From: Gemmatimonadota bacterium | GTDB lineage: Bacteria; Gemmatimonadota; Gemmatimonadetes; Gemmatimonadales; JACORV01 | Reading direction: 5' to 3' | Assembly (NCBI GenBank): GCA_041476105.1 | Contig: JBGOSS010000009.1 | Location: 2,798-66,797 of the forward strand | Length of the DNA stretch: 64,000 nucleotides | In this document: one piece after another, positions 1-8,432 of the stretch | How the letters are laid out: each line of letters opens with the position of its first letter | How positions within the stretch are numbered: the first letter of the stretch is position 1 | The notes under the pieces: generated by a model | Database searches by the model: none | Seen by the model: the letters and a program-made list of their open reading frames with translations, nothing else | Told to the model about the DNA's origin: nothing | Made by a program: the position numbers and the translations under genes

Positions 1-2259
1 CCCGGGACGCCGGTGCACCTCTATCTGCCTGGTCCGCACCGCGGCGTCTGGAACCTCGCAGGCCTCCAAGGCGTGAAGGACGTGATCCTGTGTGAGGCGC
101 TGCTCGATGCGCTGACGTTCTGGGTGGCGGGCGTCCCCCACGTGACGGCGAGCTACGGGATCAACGGGTTCACCGATGAGCTGTTCGAGGCGGTCCGGAG
201 CAGCGGCGCCGAGCGGGTGCTGATCGCCTATGATCGCGACGAAGCCGGCGAGCGCGGGGCGGCCCAGGTGGCGCGCCGGCTCGCGGCCGAGGGACTCAGG
301 TGTTACCGGGTGGTGTTCCCGCAGGGGCTCGATGTGAACGCCCATGCGCTGGCCTATCCGCCGGCCGAGCGGAGTCTGGGGGAGCGGCTGCGGCAGGCGG
401 TGTTCCTGGACCAGGCCGTGGCGCCGGCGCCGCGCCTAACGAGCGAGCCCGCCGCTTCCTTCTTAGCCGCTCCGGTAGTCGCTGACGAGCCAGAAACTGG
501 AGCGAGCGGGGTCGTCGGCGTTGTCGGGGCGCCGCCGCCCCCGCCCGCCGTCACCGCGCAGGTCACGGGCGAAGACGTCACGCTCGCGCTGGGCGACCGG
601 CAGTATCGCATCCGCGGCCTCGGGAAGAACACGTCGCCTGATCTCTTGAAGGTCAACGTGCTGGTGCGCCGGGGCGAGCGGGTGCACGTCGACACGTTGG
701 ACCTCTACGCGGCGCGGCCGCGGGCCGTGTTCGCGGCGCAGGCGGCGGCGGAGCTGGGCGTGGGGCCCGAGGTGGTGAAGAAGGACCTGGGCCAGGTGGT
801 GCTGGAGTGCGAAGCGCTGCTCGCCAATCAACCGAATGCCAGTGCGTCGGAGTCGGCACCGCCGATGAGCGATGCCGAGCGGACGGCGGCGCTGGCGTTG
901 CTGCGCGATCCCGCGTTGCTCGATCGCATCCTGGCTGACTTCACGCGCGCCGGCGTAGTGGGGGAAGAGACCAACAAACTCGTCGGCTACCTGGCGGCGC
1001 TCTCGCGCAAGCTGGCCGAACCGTTGGCGGTGATCGTGCAGAGCGCGTCGGCCGCGGGCAAGACGGCCTTGATGGACGCGGTGCTGGCGCTGGTACCGCC
1101 GGAAGAGCGGATCCAGTACTCCGCCGTGACGGGGCAAGCGCTCTTTTACCTCACCGGCGCCGACCTGCGCCACAAGATCCTCGCGATCGTGGAGGAAGCC
1201 GGTGCCGAGCGGGCGAGCTACGCACTGAAGCTGCTCCAGAGCGAGGGCGAGTTGACGATCGCCTCGACGGGCAAGGATCCCAAGACCGGGAAGCTGATCA
1301 CCCACGCCTACCGGGTCGAAGGGCCGGTGATGGTGTTCCTCACGACGACGGCCGTTGAGGTGGACGAGGAACTGCTGAACCGGGCGCTGGTGCTGACCGT
1401 GGACGAGGACCGCGACCAGACCCGGGCGATCCACGCCGCACAGCGCCAGCGGCGCACGCTGGCGGGCCGGCTCGCCCAGGCGGAGCGGGAGGCGTTGCTG
1501 GCGCTGCACCGCAACGCGCAGCGGCTGATCGAGCCGGTGGCCGTGGTGAACCCCTATGCGCCGCAGCTCACGTTCAGCGACGTGCAGACCCGAGCGCGGC
1601 GCGATCATGAGAAGTATCTCACCCTCATCGACGTGATCGCGCTGTTGCACCAGCACCAGCGGCCGCGGCGGACCGCGGAACGTGACGGCGCCACGCTCTC
1701 CTACATCGAGGTCACGCCGCGCGACGTCGCCCTGGCGAACCGGCTGGCGGCCGCGGTGCTGGGGCACTCGCTGGACGAGCTGCCCCCGCAGACGCGGCGC
1801 TGCCTGACGCGGCTCGACCAGTGGCTCACGGCGCAGTGCGCCGACCACCAGCGGGAGCGCAGCGACGTGCGGCTGTTGGCGCGCGAGGTGCGCGAGATCA
1901 CGGGGCTCGGGCCCACTCAGGTGAAGCTGCACCTGCGCCGGCTGGTGGACCTCGAGTACGTGCTGGTGCACCGGGCACCACGGGGCCAGGGCGTGGCCTA
2001 CGAGCTGGTCTATGAGGGCCAGGGCGTGGACGGGACGCCGTTCCTCACCGGCCTGCTCGATGCTGAGCGGCTGGTGAGCTACGATCGGGAGCGGTCGGGG
2101 TCTGGGGCGCAGCGGTCGGGGCCCGGTCGGCCCCTGGTCGGTGGGGTGTCGGGGGGAGGCCGGAGCCGGTCCGCCGAGCACAGCGTCTCCAACGGCAAGC
2201 AGTTAGGCAGTCCGCGGCTCGTGGCGCTCGAAACCGCACGTCCTGCAGCCGCCTCGTGA
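1..2259 (+). CDS. DNA primase-helicase-like protein (Toprim + P-loop NTPase + probable C-terminal winged helix), 5'-truncated by the window edge
   Basis: Frame 1 is open from base 1 (PGTPVHLYLPGPHRGVWN). Toprim motifs ILCEALLDALT and AYDRDEAG; Walker A-like QSASAAGKT; Walker B-like LAIVEE; C-terminal wHTH-like segment (REVREITGLGPTQVKLHLRRLVDLEY). Confidence 0.8.
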   Translation, partial: PGTPVHLYLPGPHRGVWNLAGLQGVKDVILCEALLDALTFWVAGVPHVTASYGINGFTDELFEAVRSSGAERVLIAYDRDEAGERGAAQVARRLAAEGLRCYRVVFPQGLDVNAHALAYPPAERSLGERLRQAVFLDQAVAPAPRLTSEPAASFLAAPVVADEPETGASGVVGVVGAPPPPPAVTAQVTGEDVTLALGDRQYRIRGLGKNTSPDLLKVNVLVRRGERVHVDTLDLYAARPRAVFAAQAAAELGVGPEVVKKDLGQVVLECEALLANQPNASASESAPPMSDAERTAALALLRDPALLDRILADFTRAGVVGEETNKLVGYLAALSRKLAEPLAVIVQSASAAGKTALMDAVLALVPPEERIQYSAVTGQALFYLTGADLRHKILAIVEEAGAERASYALKLLQSEGELTIASTGKDPKTGKLITHAYRVEGPVMVFLTTTAVEVDEELLNRALVLTVDEDRDQTRAIHAAQRQRRTLAGRLAQAEREALLALHRNAQRLIEPVAVVNPYAPQLTFSDVQTRARRDHEKYLTLIDVIALLHQHQRPRRTAERDGATLSYIEVTPRDVALANRLAAAVLGHSLDELPPQTRRCLTRLDQWLTAQCADHQRERSDVRLLAREVREITGLGPTQVKLHLRRLVDLEYVLVHRAPRGQGVAYELVYEGQGVDGTPFLTGLLDAERLVSYDRERSGSGAQRSGPGRPLVGGVSGGGRSRSAEHSVSNGKQLGSPRLVALETARPAAAS
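449..473 (+). repeat. 25-bp direct repeat, copy 1 (copy 2 at 3225-3249)
   Basis: CCGCCGCTTCCTTCTTAGCCGCTCC versus CCGCCGCTTCTTCCTTAGCCGCTCC, 23/25 identical. Confidence 0.7.
2094..2163 (+). repeat. Helically phased GTCGG repeats (iteron-like)
   Basis: GTCGG starts at 2094, 2115, 2126, 2137 and 2148 (spacings 21, 11, 11, 11), with degenerate GCCGG at 2159. Confidence 0.6.
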
Positions 2260-3242
2260 GTCGCCGTCGTAGCGACGTGCCCGAGCCGCTGGGCTCGCTG
2301 GTGGCCGAGCACGTGCGCGGCCTCCTGGCCCGCCGGTTCGCCGCGAGCACCGTCCGGAGCCGCCGGCGCGACCTGGCGCACTTCGCGGCGTGGTGCGGCC
2401 TGCGCGGGCTCACGCATCCCGGCGAGCTCACGTTGCCCATCCTGGAGCGCTACCGCCAGGCGCTCTACGAGGCGCGCAAGGCGGATGGCCACCCGTTAGG
2501 CTGGGGCGCGCAGGCCCAGAAGCTGGTCGCGGTGAAGCAGTTCCTGCGCTGGGCCACGCGGATGAAGCACGTGCCCTTCGACGCCGGCGCCGCGCTCGAG
2601 CTGCCGCGGCGGCCGCAGCACCTGCCGCGCACCGTGCTCTCGATATCGGAAGTCGAGCAGGTCCTGGCCCAGCCCGATCTCGCGGGCCCGATGGGCGTGC
2701 GCGACCGCGCCATCCTCGAAACCCTCTACTCGACGGGCATGCGCCGGCTGGAACTCCTGCAGCTCACGCTGCCCGACGTCGACGCCGGCCGGGGCGTGGT
2801 GTTCATCCGGGAGGGCAAGGGCCGCAAGGACCGCGTGGTGCCGATCGGCGAGCGGGCCCTGGAGTGGATCGAGCGCTATCGCTGCGACGTGCGGCCGCGG
2901 CTGGTGGTCGAGCCTGATCCGGGGACGGTGTTCCTGACCAGCCGAGGGCGGCCCGTGCGCTCCAACCGGCTCACCGAGCTGGTGCACCACTATGTCGGCC
3001 AGGCGGGCGTGGGGAAGACCGGCAGCTGCCACGTGTTCCGGCACACCATGGCGACGCTGATGCTCGAGGGCGGGGCCGACGTGCGCTACATCCAGGCGAT
3101 GCTGGGCCACGCCCAGCTCTCCACCACCGAGCTCTACACCCGGGTCTCGATCACCGCGCTCAAGGCGGTGCACCAGCGGACCCACCCGGCGCACCGCACC
3201 CGCGCCGAGCGCCAGCGTGCCGAGCCGCCGCTTCTTCCTTAG
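2256..3242 (+). CDS. XerC/XerD-like tyrosine recombinase (integrase)
   Basis: Complete catalytic set: TGMRR (R), GKGRK (K), HVFRH (HxxR), LGH, TELYT (Y). GTGA overlap with the primase stop. Confidence 0.93.
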   Translation: MSRRRSDVPEPLGSLVAEHVRGLLARRFAASTVRSRRRDLAHFAAWCGLRGLTHPGELTLPILERYRQALYEARKADGHPLGWGAQAQKLVAVKQFLRWATRMKHVPFDAGAALELPRRPQHLPRTVLSISEVEQVLAQPDLAGPMGVRDRAILETLYSTGMRRLELLQLTLPDVDAGRGVVFIREGKGRKDRVVPIGERALEWIERYRCDVRPRLVVEPDPGTVFLTSRGRPVRSNRLTELVHHYVGQAGVGKTGSCHVFRHTMATLMLEGGADVRYIQAMLGHAQLSTTELYTRVSITALKAVHQRTHPAHRTRAERQRAEPPLLP

Positions 3243-3249
3243 CCGCTCC
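3225..3249 (+). repeat. 25-bp direct repeat, copy 2, spanning the recombinase stop codon
   Basis: 23/25 identical to 449-473. Confidence 0.7.
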
Positions 3250-3352
3250 TCTACCTCACGAGCGGTGGGCGGGGCCACGCGGCCCAGCGGCGTCCGGACG
3301 GCCGCCTCGCCTGACGGCTCGGATCGGGCCCGTGCCCTCGCGCTGCGCGCTC

Positions 3353-3382
3353 GGTGCGCATAACGGGCCCATTATGCGCACG
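3353..3382. promoter_or_regulatory. Palindrome of two dif XerC-type arms
   Basis: GGTGCGCATAA-cgggccca-TTATGCGCACG. Left arm is identical to the E. coli dif XerC arm (GGTGCGCATAA); right arm is an inverted 10/11 copy; 8-nt spacer. Confidence 0.75.
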
Positions 3383-3413
3383 GGCCCTCGGCCGCCCGGC
3401 CGCTCGCCCGGCG

Positions 3414-3442
3414 GGTTAACATAACCGGGGGTTATGTTAACT
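3414..3442. promoter_or_regulatory. Palindrome of two dif XerD-type arms
   Basis: GGTTAACATAA-ccggggg-TTATGTTAACT. Right arm matches the E. coli dif XerD arm (TTATGTTAAAT) at 10/11; left arm is an inverted 9/11 copy; 7-nt spacer. Confidence 0.75.
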
Positions 3443-3597
3443 GGGCCGCGGGCCCCGCCCCTTCGAGCACGGTGCGTGGCGCCACTCCCCCTCGGAAGTG
3501 CACGTCGGGCCTTCGGAGTTCATATTACGATCAAGAACTGAAGGAGCTCAGCAGCTAAAGAGAAAAAGCGCAGCGGGTTAGAGGCGACAGATCGTAG

Positions 3598-4200
3598 GCC
3601 ACGCGGCCGATCTGGTGCTATCTGACGCAAGATCCGATCGGGCTCGCCGGTGGCGTCAATCTGTACAGTTACGCTGGCGGAAATCCGGTCGCGTTCTCGG
3701 ATCCGTTCGGCTTGGCCTGCAAAGATCGCGACATGCTGTGTCGCTTCCGTCGCGCCGCAAACATCGTGGCTGGAGGCATAGCTGGGGGTCTTGGCGGCGG
3801 AGGCATGGGGACGCTCCTGGGTACGGCTACCTGTGGCCCCCCAGTTTGCACCACAGTCGGCTTTGTTGTTGGAACCGTGTATGGCGCAGTCGGCGGCGCG
3901 GTCGCAGCTGGACGGCAATTCGATGAGTACAATCAGTCCGAGTTCTCCGAGTCGGAGGGGTCCAGCAGCGGCTTTGACAATCGTAGGTTCTTTGACCGCC
4001 GCATAAACAAACAGAAGGTAGAGCTTGACGTCGAACAGCGCGCAACTGGAAGAGTCGTCCAGGTTCGCGTCAATGGAGAAGAGACCATCCTCAATAGCCG
4101 CCAAGACATTGGGAGGCTACCAAAGGGCATCAAGAACGACCAGGCATTCCGCGATGCGGCTGAAAAGGCATTCCGCTACCTCGAAAGGCTCCAGCAATGA
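3598..4200 (+). CDS. Orphan Rhs core fragment plus C-terminal toxin tip (no canonical start before the core motif)
   Basis: Frame upstream of the listed ORF 3712 reads [32 protein letters not shown], the Rhs core end with the PxxxxDPxGL cleavage motif; in-frame TAG at 3595-3597. Tip has a Gly-rich hydrophobic segment and a polar C-terminal domain. Confidence 0.85.
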   Translation, partial: ATRPIWCYLTQDPIGLAGGVNLYSYAGGNPVAFSDPFGLACKDRDMLCRFRRAANIVAGGIAGGLGGGGMGTLLGTATCGPPVCTTVGFVVGTVYGAVGGAVAAGRQFDEYNQSEFSESEGSSSGFDNRRFFDRRINKQKVELDVEQRATGRVVQVRVNGEETILNSRQDIGRLPKGIKNDQAFRDAAEKAFRYLERLQQ

Positions 4201-4598
4201 GCGCTCACCATCAGATTGTGGAGATCACACTCGACTATGAGGGCAGGAACGCGAACCAGAGGGGAGGAGTCCCCGTGCGGCCGGCACTAGGCGAGGAGCT
4301 GATGATCGCGATTCGGGATCATCCGGAGTGGGAGCATGAGGCGGGGGAGCCAGTCTACCCCGATAACCCCAGTCAGCTGCAAATACACCTTGTGGGAACT
4401 GCACGGGCGCTCGAGGCTCTCGGAACCTACTTGATCGCGTTGGCGCGTCTTGACACGGAGAATCCTGAGCCGTCCCCCAGCTTGGATGATGTCCACCACG
4501 CTGACGGCGGGACAATCCGCCTTCTACCACGTCGAGTGCAGGAACTGCCCAAGGGCAAGAAACGTGGCTCCGACTATCGCAGCAGGTTTTGCCGGTAG
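4197..4598 (+). CDS. Putative cognate immunity protein (possibly Imm32-like)
   Basis: 133 aa; ATGA overlap with the toxin stop; [21 protein letters not shown] resembles the Imm32 pattern (by eye). Confidence 0.6.
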   Translation: MSAHHQIVEITLDYEGRNANQRGGVPVRPALGEELMIAIRDHPEWEHEAGEPVYPDNPSQLQIHLVGTARALEALGTYLIALARLDTENPEPSPSLDDVHHADGGTIRLLPRRVQELPKGKKRGSDYRSRFCR

Positions 4599-4881
4599 AA
4601 GGTGACTTGGCCGCGGCAGAGCATTGCTTCGGCTGAATTCATGCCCGTCAGCTCTGTCCTTGATTGATCTGCTCCCCTAAGTGCTCCGAGTTCTCGTACC
4701 GCAGGGTCGGAGAGTACCTCGCGCTGCCGCATCGAGATCCCAGTGCTTCGCTCCCCGACGCCTCAATCGGCAGCTGAGGCTTCTCTTGGCAGTGGTGGCC
4801 AAAATCGGTAAGCTTCGCTGCGCGGACGCCCAGCATTCCGAGTGATGTTCGCGCACGGACAACCCTTGGTGGTAGGGTTTC

Positions 4882-5430
4882 ATGGCCGCGAGGCCGATTG
4901 ACGTTGATGTCTTCCCCGATCCCGCCGATCCGCGCGCCTACTTTCACATCGGGCGGGACATCGTCGAGGCGTTGGATATCCAGTCTGCCGTCGAGGCGTT
5001 TGAGCGCCTGATCGCCACGCGCGACATGGCGGAAGCATACTGCGGCCACGTGAGCCTGATCTTCGATGGATACGAGGACGACCCTCTGGATCTCTGGTGC
5101 ATCCCGGCGGTGCGCGCCTTCCTCGCCGACCTGGACAAGGCGTTCCCCTGGTTCTTCTGGTTTCTCGATCCCAAGGGCAGCTCGCTGCTGCTGCTGGCGG
5201 CCTGCTGTTGCGGCACGACGACTTCTGTTGCCGCCAGTGGCAAGACCAGCGTCTCGTTTCCGTCGGTGGTCCTTGAAGCGTTCCTCTTCGCTCATTGCGA
5301 CGCGGCCGAGGTGATTCGCCGGCGCTTTGACTTCGCGGCGGAGGACCTCGGGGCTGTAGTGCGGCCGATCCTGGAGTACTTTCGGGTGCCCCGCGCTGGC
5401 TGGCTCCTGATCGGTCCGCAGCCGGACTGA
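4882..5430 (+). CDS. DUF1817/CRR6-like protein
   Basis: DDPLDLWCIPAVRAFLADLDKAFPWFFWFLD resembles the CRR6/DUF1817 core (DPRELxEIPEVRxWxxxLDxxYPW). Confidence 0.55.
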   Translation: MAARPIDVDVFPDPADPRAYFHIGRDIVEALDIQSAVEAFERLIATRDMAEAYCGHVSLIFDGYEDDPLDLWCIPAVRAFLADLDKAFPWFFWFLDPKGSSLLLLAACCCGTTTSVAASGKTSVSFPSVVLEAFLFAHCDAAEVIRRRFDFAAEDLGAVVRPILEYFRVPRAGWLLIGPQPD

Positions 5431-5485
5431 CGCGCTGCCCCAGGCTGCGCAGCTCACGGCGCGCCTGCGCCCGAGCCGAGCAGGC

Positions 5486-6490
5486 TTAGTCGCCACCACC
5501 CGGTTTGGGATTCCGGTCGGCCCGCAGACAGAGCATCCGCTTTCGCTGCCGCAGCGAGATCCCGTGATCTAGCAACCGGCGATAGAGCGTCGTCCGCCCG
5601 ATGCCGAGATGCTTGGCGATACGCCCCGCATGCCACGCCGATGTTTCGCAGACCGCAAGCAGCGCGGCGCGTTCCTCGACCGCGGCCGACTGGAGGGGCG
5701 GCGTCCCGCTGACCGGACCAATCGACAAGGCGTCCTGAAGGGTCTCGAGGGGAATCTCACGGTCGATTGCCAGCCAGGACGCGCGCTCCATCACGTGGCG
5801 CAGCTCGCGAGCGTTCCCCGGCCAGGTGTACTGGAGGAGCATGTCGGTTGCCGAAGGTGGGAGAAGCTTGCCGCACGTCGCCGCGAACGCCCTGGCGAGC
5901 GGGACAATGTCCTCCCTCCGCTCCGTAAGCGCCGGCAGTTCGATCACGACGCCGGCGATGCGCTGAAGGAGATCGAGCCGGAACGTCCCAGCCGAAACCC
6001 GATCGCCCAGCCGGTCCTGGGTGGCCGCGATCAGACGGAAGTCTACCCGCCGACTGATCGTCTCGCCCACCCGCCGTACGCACATTGTGTCGAGCACACG
6101 CAGGAACTTGATCTGCGCCTCGAGCGGCATGCTGCAAATCTCGTCCAGGAAGACCGTCCCGGCCTCGGCGGCTTCGATCAGGCCGGCTCTCGAGTCCACG
6201 GCACCGCTGAAGGCACCACGGCAGCGGCCAAAGAGCTCCGACTCGATCAGCTCCTTGGGCAGCGCGCCGCAGTTGATGTCGATGAGCGGTCCCGGACGGC
6301 GGCCCCAGACGTGGATGTGCTGCGCCAACAGCTCCTTGCCCGAGCCCGTCGGACCCACGAGGAGGATGGGGACCCTCGACGGAGCGAACCTGCGCCCAAG
6401 CTCGACGGCGCGACGCATCGCCGGTGAATCGCCGATGATGGGCGCGAGCTCCGAATCGGGCGCACCGACCTTCCGGAGCGCCTCGCTCAT
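5486..6490 (-). CDS. Sigma-54-dependent enhancer-binding protein lacking an N-terminal sensor domain
   Basis: GPTGSGKE, ESELFG, GAFSGA, FLDEI, WPGNAREL and Fis-type HTH (LGIGRTTLYRRL); overlaps the gspD stop. Confidence 0.9.
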   Translation of the reverse strand: MSEALRKVGAPDSELAPIIGDSPAMRRAVELGRRFAPSRVPILLVGPTGSGKELLAQHIHVWGRRPGPLIDINCGALPKELIESELFGRCRGAFSGAVDSRAGLIEAAEAGTVFLDEICSMPLEAQIKFLRVLDTMCVRRVGETISRRVDFRLIAATQDRLGDRVSAGTFRLDLLQRIAGVVIELPALTERREDIVPLARAFAATCGKLLPPSATDMLLQYTWPGNARELRHVMERASWLAIDREIPLETLQDALSIGPVSGTPPLQSAAVEERAALLAVCETSAWHAGRIAKHLGIGRTTLYRRLLDHGISLRQRKRMLCLRADRNPKPGGGD

Positions 6491-7959
6491 GGCCGGCCCT
6501 CCCCCGGCAGGCGCGGCGCAGTCACGCTGTCCGCATCGGCGTCCGTCGCCAGGATGCGAGGTGTCAGAAAGAGGTAGAACTCGGTTGACTCTTCCCGGCG
6601 ACTCACGGCGCCGAACAGCCCGCCGAGAATGGGAATGCCGGAGAGAACGGGTACGCCTTGTCGGGAGCGGTCCGACTGTTGATCGCGCAGGCCACCGAGC
6701 ACCACCGTCTGACCGTTGCGCAGCAGCACGCGCGTGCTGGCCTCCCGGGTGGAGATGATGGGCGCTCCGAACTGCGTCTCGGCCGTCGCCGCGCTGACCT
6801 CCTGCTGGATCTGGAGCGACACGTAGCCATCGTGGTTGATCGTGGGCTTGACGATGAGCCGTGTGCCAACATCACGGTACTGCACGACCTGGTCGCGCGT
6901 CGGTGTGTCGGTCGGCAGCGACCGACTCACCTGCACGAAGGGTCGTTGTGAGCCGACCAGCAGCCTGGCTTCGGTATTGTTGGACGCCAGAAGCACCGGC
7001 CGCGACAGGATGGAGAGGTTGCCCCGGCTTTCCGCCGCACGGATTGTGGCGTACAAGTTCGGCCCACCTACGTTGAGCACGCGGATTACCAGGTCGCCGA
7101 GGCCGCCGCCCACGACCTCGCCGTCCGCCGACGCCCCGTGCCCGATGGACTGGGTTGGTACGAACAGGTCGGCGCCAAGGGAGAAGGTGTGGTCGCGGCG
7201 CGCCTCGACGATCAGGACCTCGATCAGGACCTGGAGCGGTCGGATGTCCAGCTCGTCCACCGCCCGCTGGATCACGTCGTAGTCGCGCTGGCCGGCGCGA
7301 ATGAGCAGCGAGTTCGTGATCTCGTCGGGAACGATGGTGAGAGGCCCCGCGAGGTTGGCCGCCGAGCCGGCGGTCGTCGGCGAGCGTTCCGTGGGTGTTC
7401 CGGCGGGCGGGACGTTCATGCGACGCAGTTCATCCGACAGCGTCCCTGCCGAAACGCCGGCCGAGCCCGAGAACTGTCCGCCTCCACCGAACAACTGGTT
7501 GACGGTCGCCGCCACGTCGGCGGCGCGGGCGTGCCGAAGGCGGATCACGAAGAGCCGCGGCTCGCTCTGCACCTGTGCCTGCGTTCGCGCCGCGTCGGGG
7601 AGTGCCGCCGGCGTCGCAAGACTCGTCGCGGGGTGTTCGCGGACGCGCCAGTACGCCGGTTCGTCCACCAGGTCGAGCTGCTGCGACTCAATCAGGCCAC
7701 GCAACAGATCCAGAACGGCGGCGCGCGGAACCGGCACCGGAGTCTGGAACGATACCCGGGTGCCGGGGACCCCGGTCATGAGCATCGGCTTGGAGAGATA
7801 GCGCGCGAGCGCCTGTACCACCCCGCGCAGGTCGGCATCCACAAACTCGACCGTCACGCTGTCGCGGAGCAGCCGCACCGGCTCCGGCAGCTGCGCGCCC
7901 AGGGGCTGCGCACCGCACAGGACGAGACCGAGGAGGAGGGAGGACCACCGAGCCGTCAT
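6487..7959 (-). CDS. gspD: Type II secretion secretin (short form)
   Basis: Signal peptide; N-domain IRLRHARAADVAATV and TNSLLIRA; LDIRPLQVLIEVLIVE; C-domain VPVLSGIPILGGLF and FLTPRI. Start at ATG 7959 (ATGA overlap). Confidence 0.9.
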   Translation of the reverse strand: MTARWSSLLLGLVLCGAQPLGAQLPEPVRLLRDSVTVEFVDADLRGVVQALARYLSKPMLMTGVPGTRVSFQTPVPVPRAAVLDLLRGLIESQQLDLVDEPAYWRVREHPATSLATPAALPDAARTQAQVQSEPRLFVIRLRHARAADVAATVNQLFGGGGQFSGSAGVSAGTLSDELRRMNVPPAGTPTERSPTTAGSAANLAGPLTIVPDEITNSLLIRAGQRDYDVIQRAVDELDIRPLQVLIEVLIVEARRDHTFSLGADLFVPTQSIGHGASADGEVVGGGLGDLVIRVLNVGGPNLYATIRAAESRGNLSILSRPVLLASNNTEARLLVGSQRPFVQVSRSLPTDTPTRDQVVQYRDVGTRLIVKPTINHDGYVSLQIQQEVSAATAETQFGAPIISTREASTRVLLRNGQTVVLGGLRDQQSDRSRQGVPVLSGIPILGGLFGAVSRREESTEFYLFLTPRILATDADADSVTAPRLPGEGRP

Positions 7960-8432
7960 TGCGGTCTCCGAAGCGTGAGGGTCCATGCGGTGTCGAGCCC
8001 GACCACGCGCACCTGGGCCTGTGAGATCGCCACCAGTCGAAGCCCGGCGACGACGTCGCCGACCCTCAGGGAGCGGCTGCCTTCGATCCCCGGCAGGCCC
8101 TCGAGCAGCGCGCGCGAGGTGTCGCCCAGGACGAGCCCTCGAAGCATGAGTTGCGGCCTGGGAGGTGGTGCGAGGGTGGCCGCTCCCTCGCCGAGCGCGG
8201 GTTGGTAGCGGACAGCGGCGGGTCGCCGCTCGAATCGGAACAGATCCCGCGACACGATCCCGAGGGCAAGCGAATCCACCGGGTAGGGCGGGTCACTGAC
8301 TGCGGCTTCCTGCCTTACATCACGGCGTTCCGGAGCAGCGGAATCGATCGGCGACGTGCCGGCGCGCACGCTCGCGCCCACGCCACCCGCGATCAGGAGC
8401 CAAAGGGCCATCTCAAACCACGCCTGCGTCAT
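7956..8432 (-). CDS. GspC-like T2SS component (N-terminal TM, no PDZ)
   Basis: Lies between gspM-like and gspD; TM helix; LRGLVLG...ALLEG...LRVGDVVAGLRLVAI resembles the GspC/PilP HR fold. Confidence 0.55.
   Translation of the reverse strand: MTQAWFEMALWLLIAGGVGASVRAGTSPIDSAAPERRDVRQEAAVSDPPYPVDSLALGIVSRDLFRFERRPAAVRYQPALGEGAATLAPPPRPQLMLRGLVLGDTSRALLEGLPGIEGSRSLRVGDVVAGLRLVAISQAQVRVVGLDTAWTLTLRRPQ

Larger units (their letters stand above)
1..4598 (+). mobile_element. Right part of a primase/tyrosine-recombinase integrative element carrying an orphan Rhs toxin-immunity cassette
   Basis: Primase-helicase, recombinase, Xer-arm palindromes and truncated Rhs core in series; sequence becomes visibly more AT-rich after ~3500. 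Exact ends not determinable. Confidence 0.7.

Noticed and set aside
2256..3242. Housekeeping xerC/xerD or integron integrase
   Set aside because: Coupled to a primase-helicase in an accessory context; no IntI-specific insertion or attC cassette array evident.
3353..3442. The chromosomal dif site, or simple terminators
   Set aside because: No C arm and D arm are joined by a 6-bp spacer; stems are AT-rich without U-tracts; they lie beside an element-borne recombinase.
4608..4624. Second sigma-54 promoter (TGGCCGCGGCAGAGCA)
   Set aside because: Only the GG-N10-GC spacing matches; flanking consensus is poor and likely chance at this GC content.
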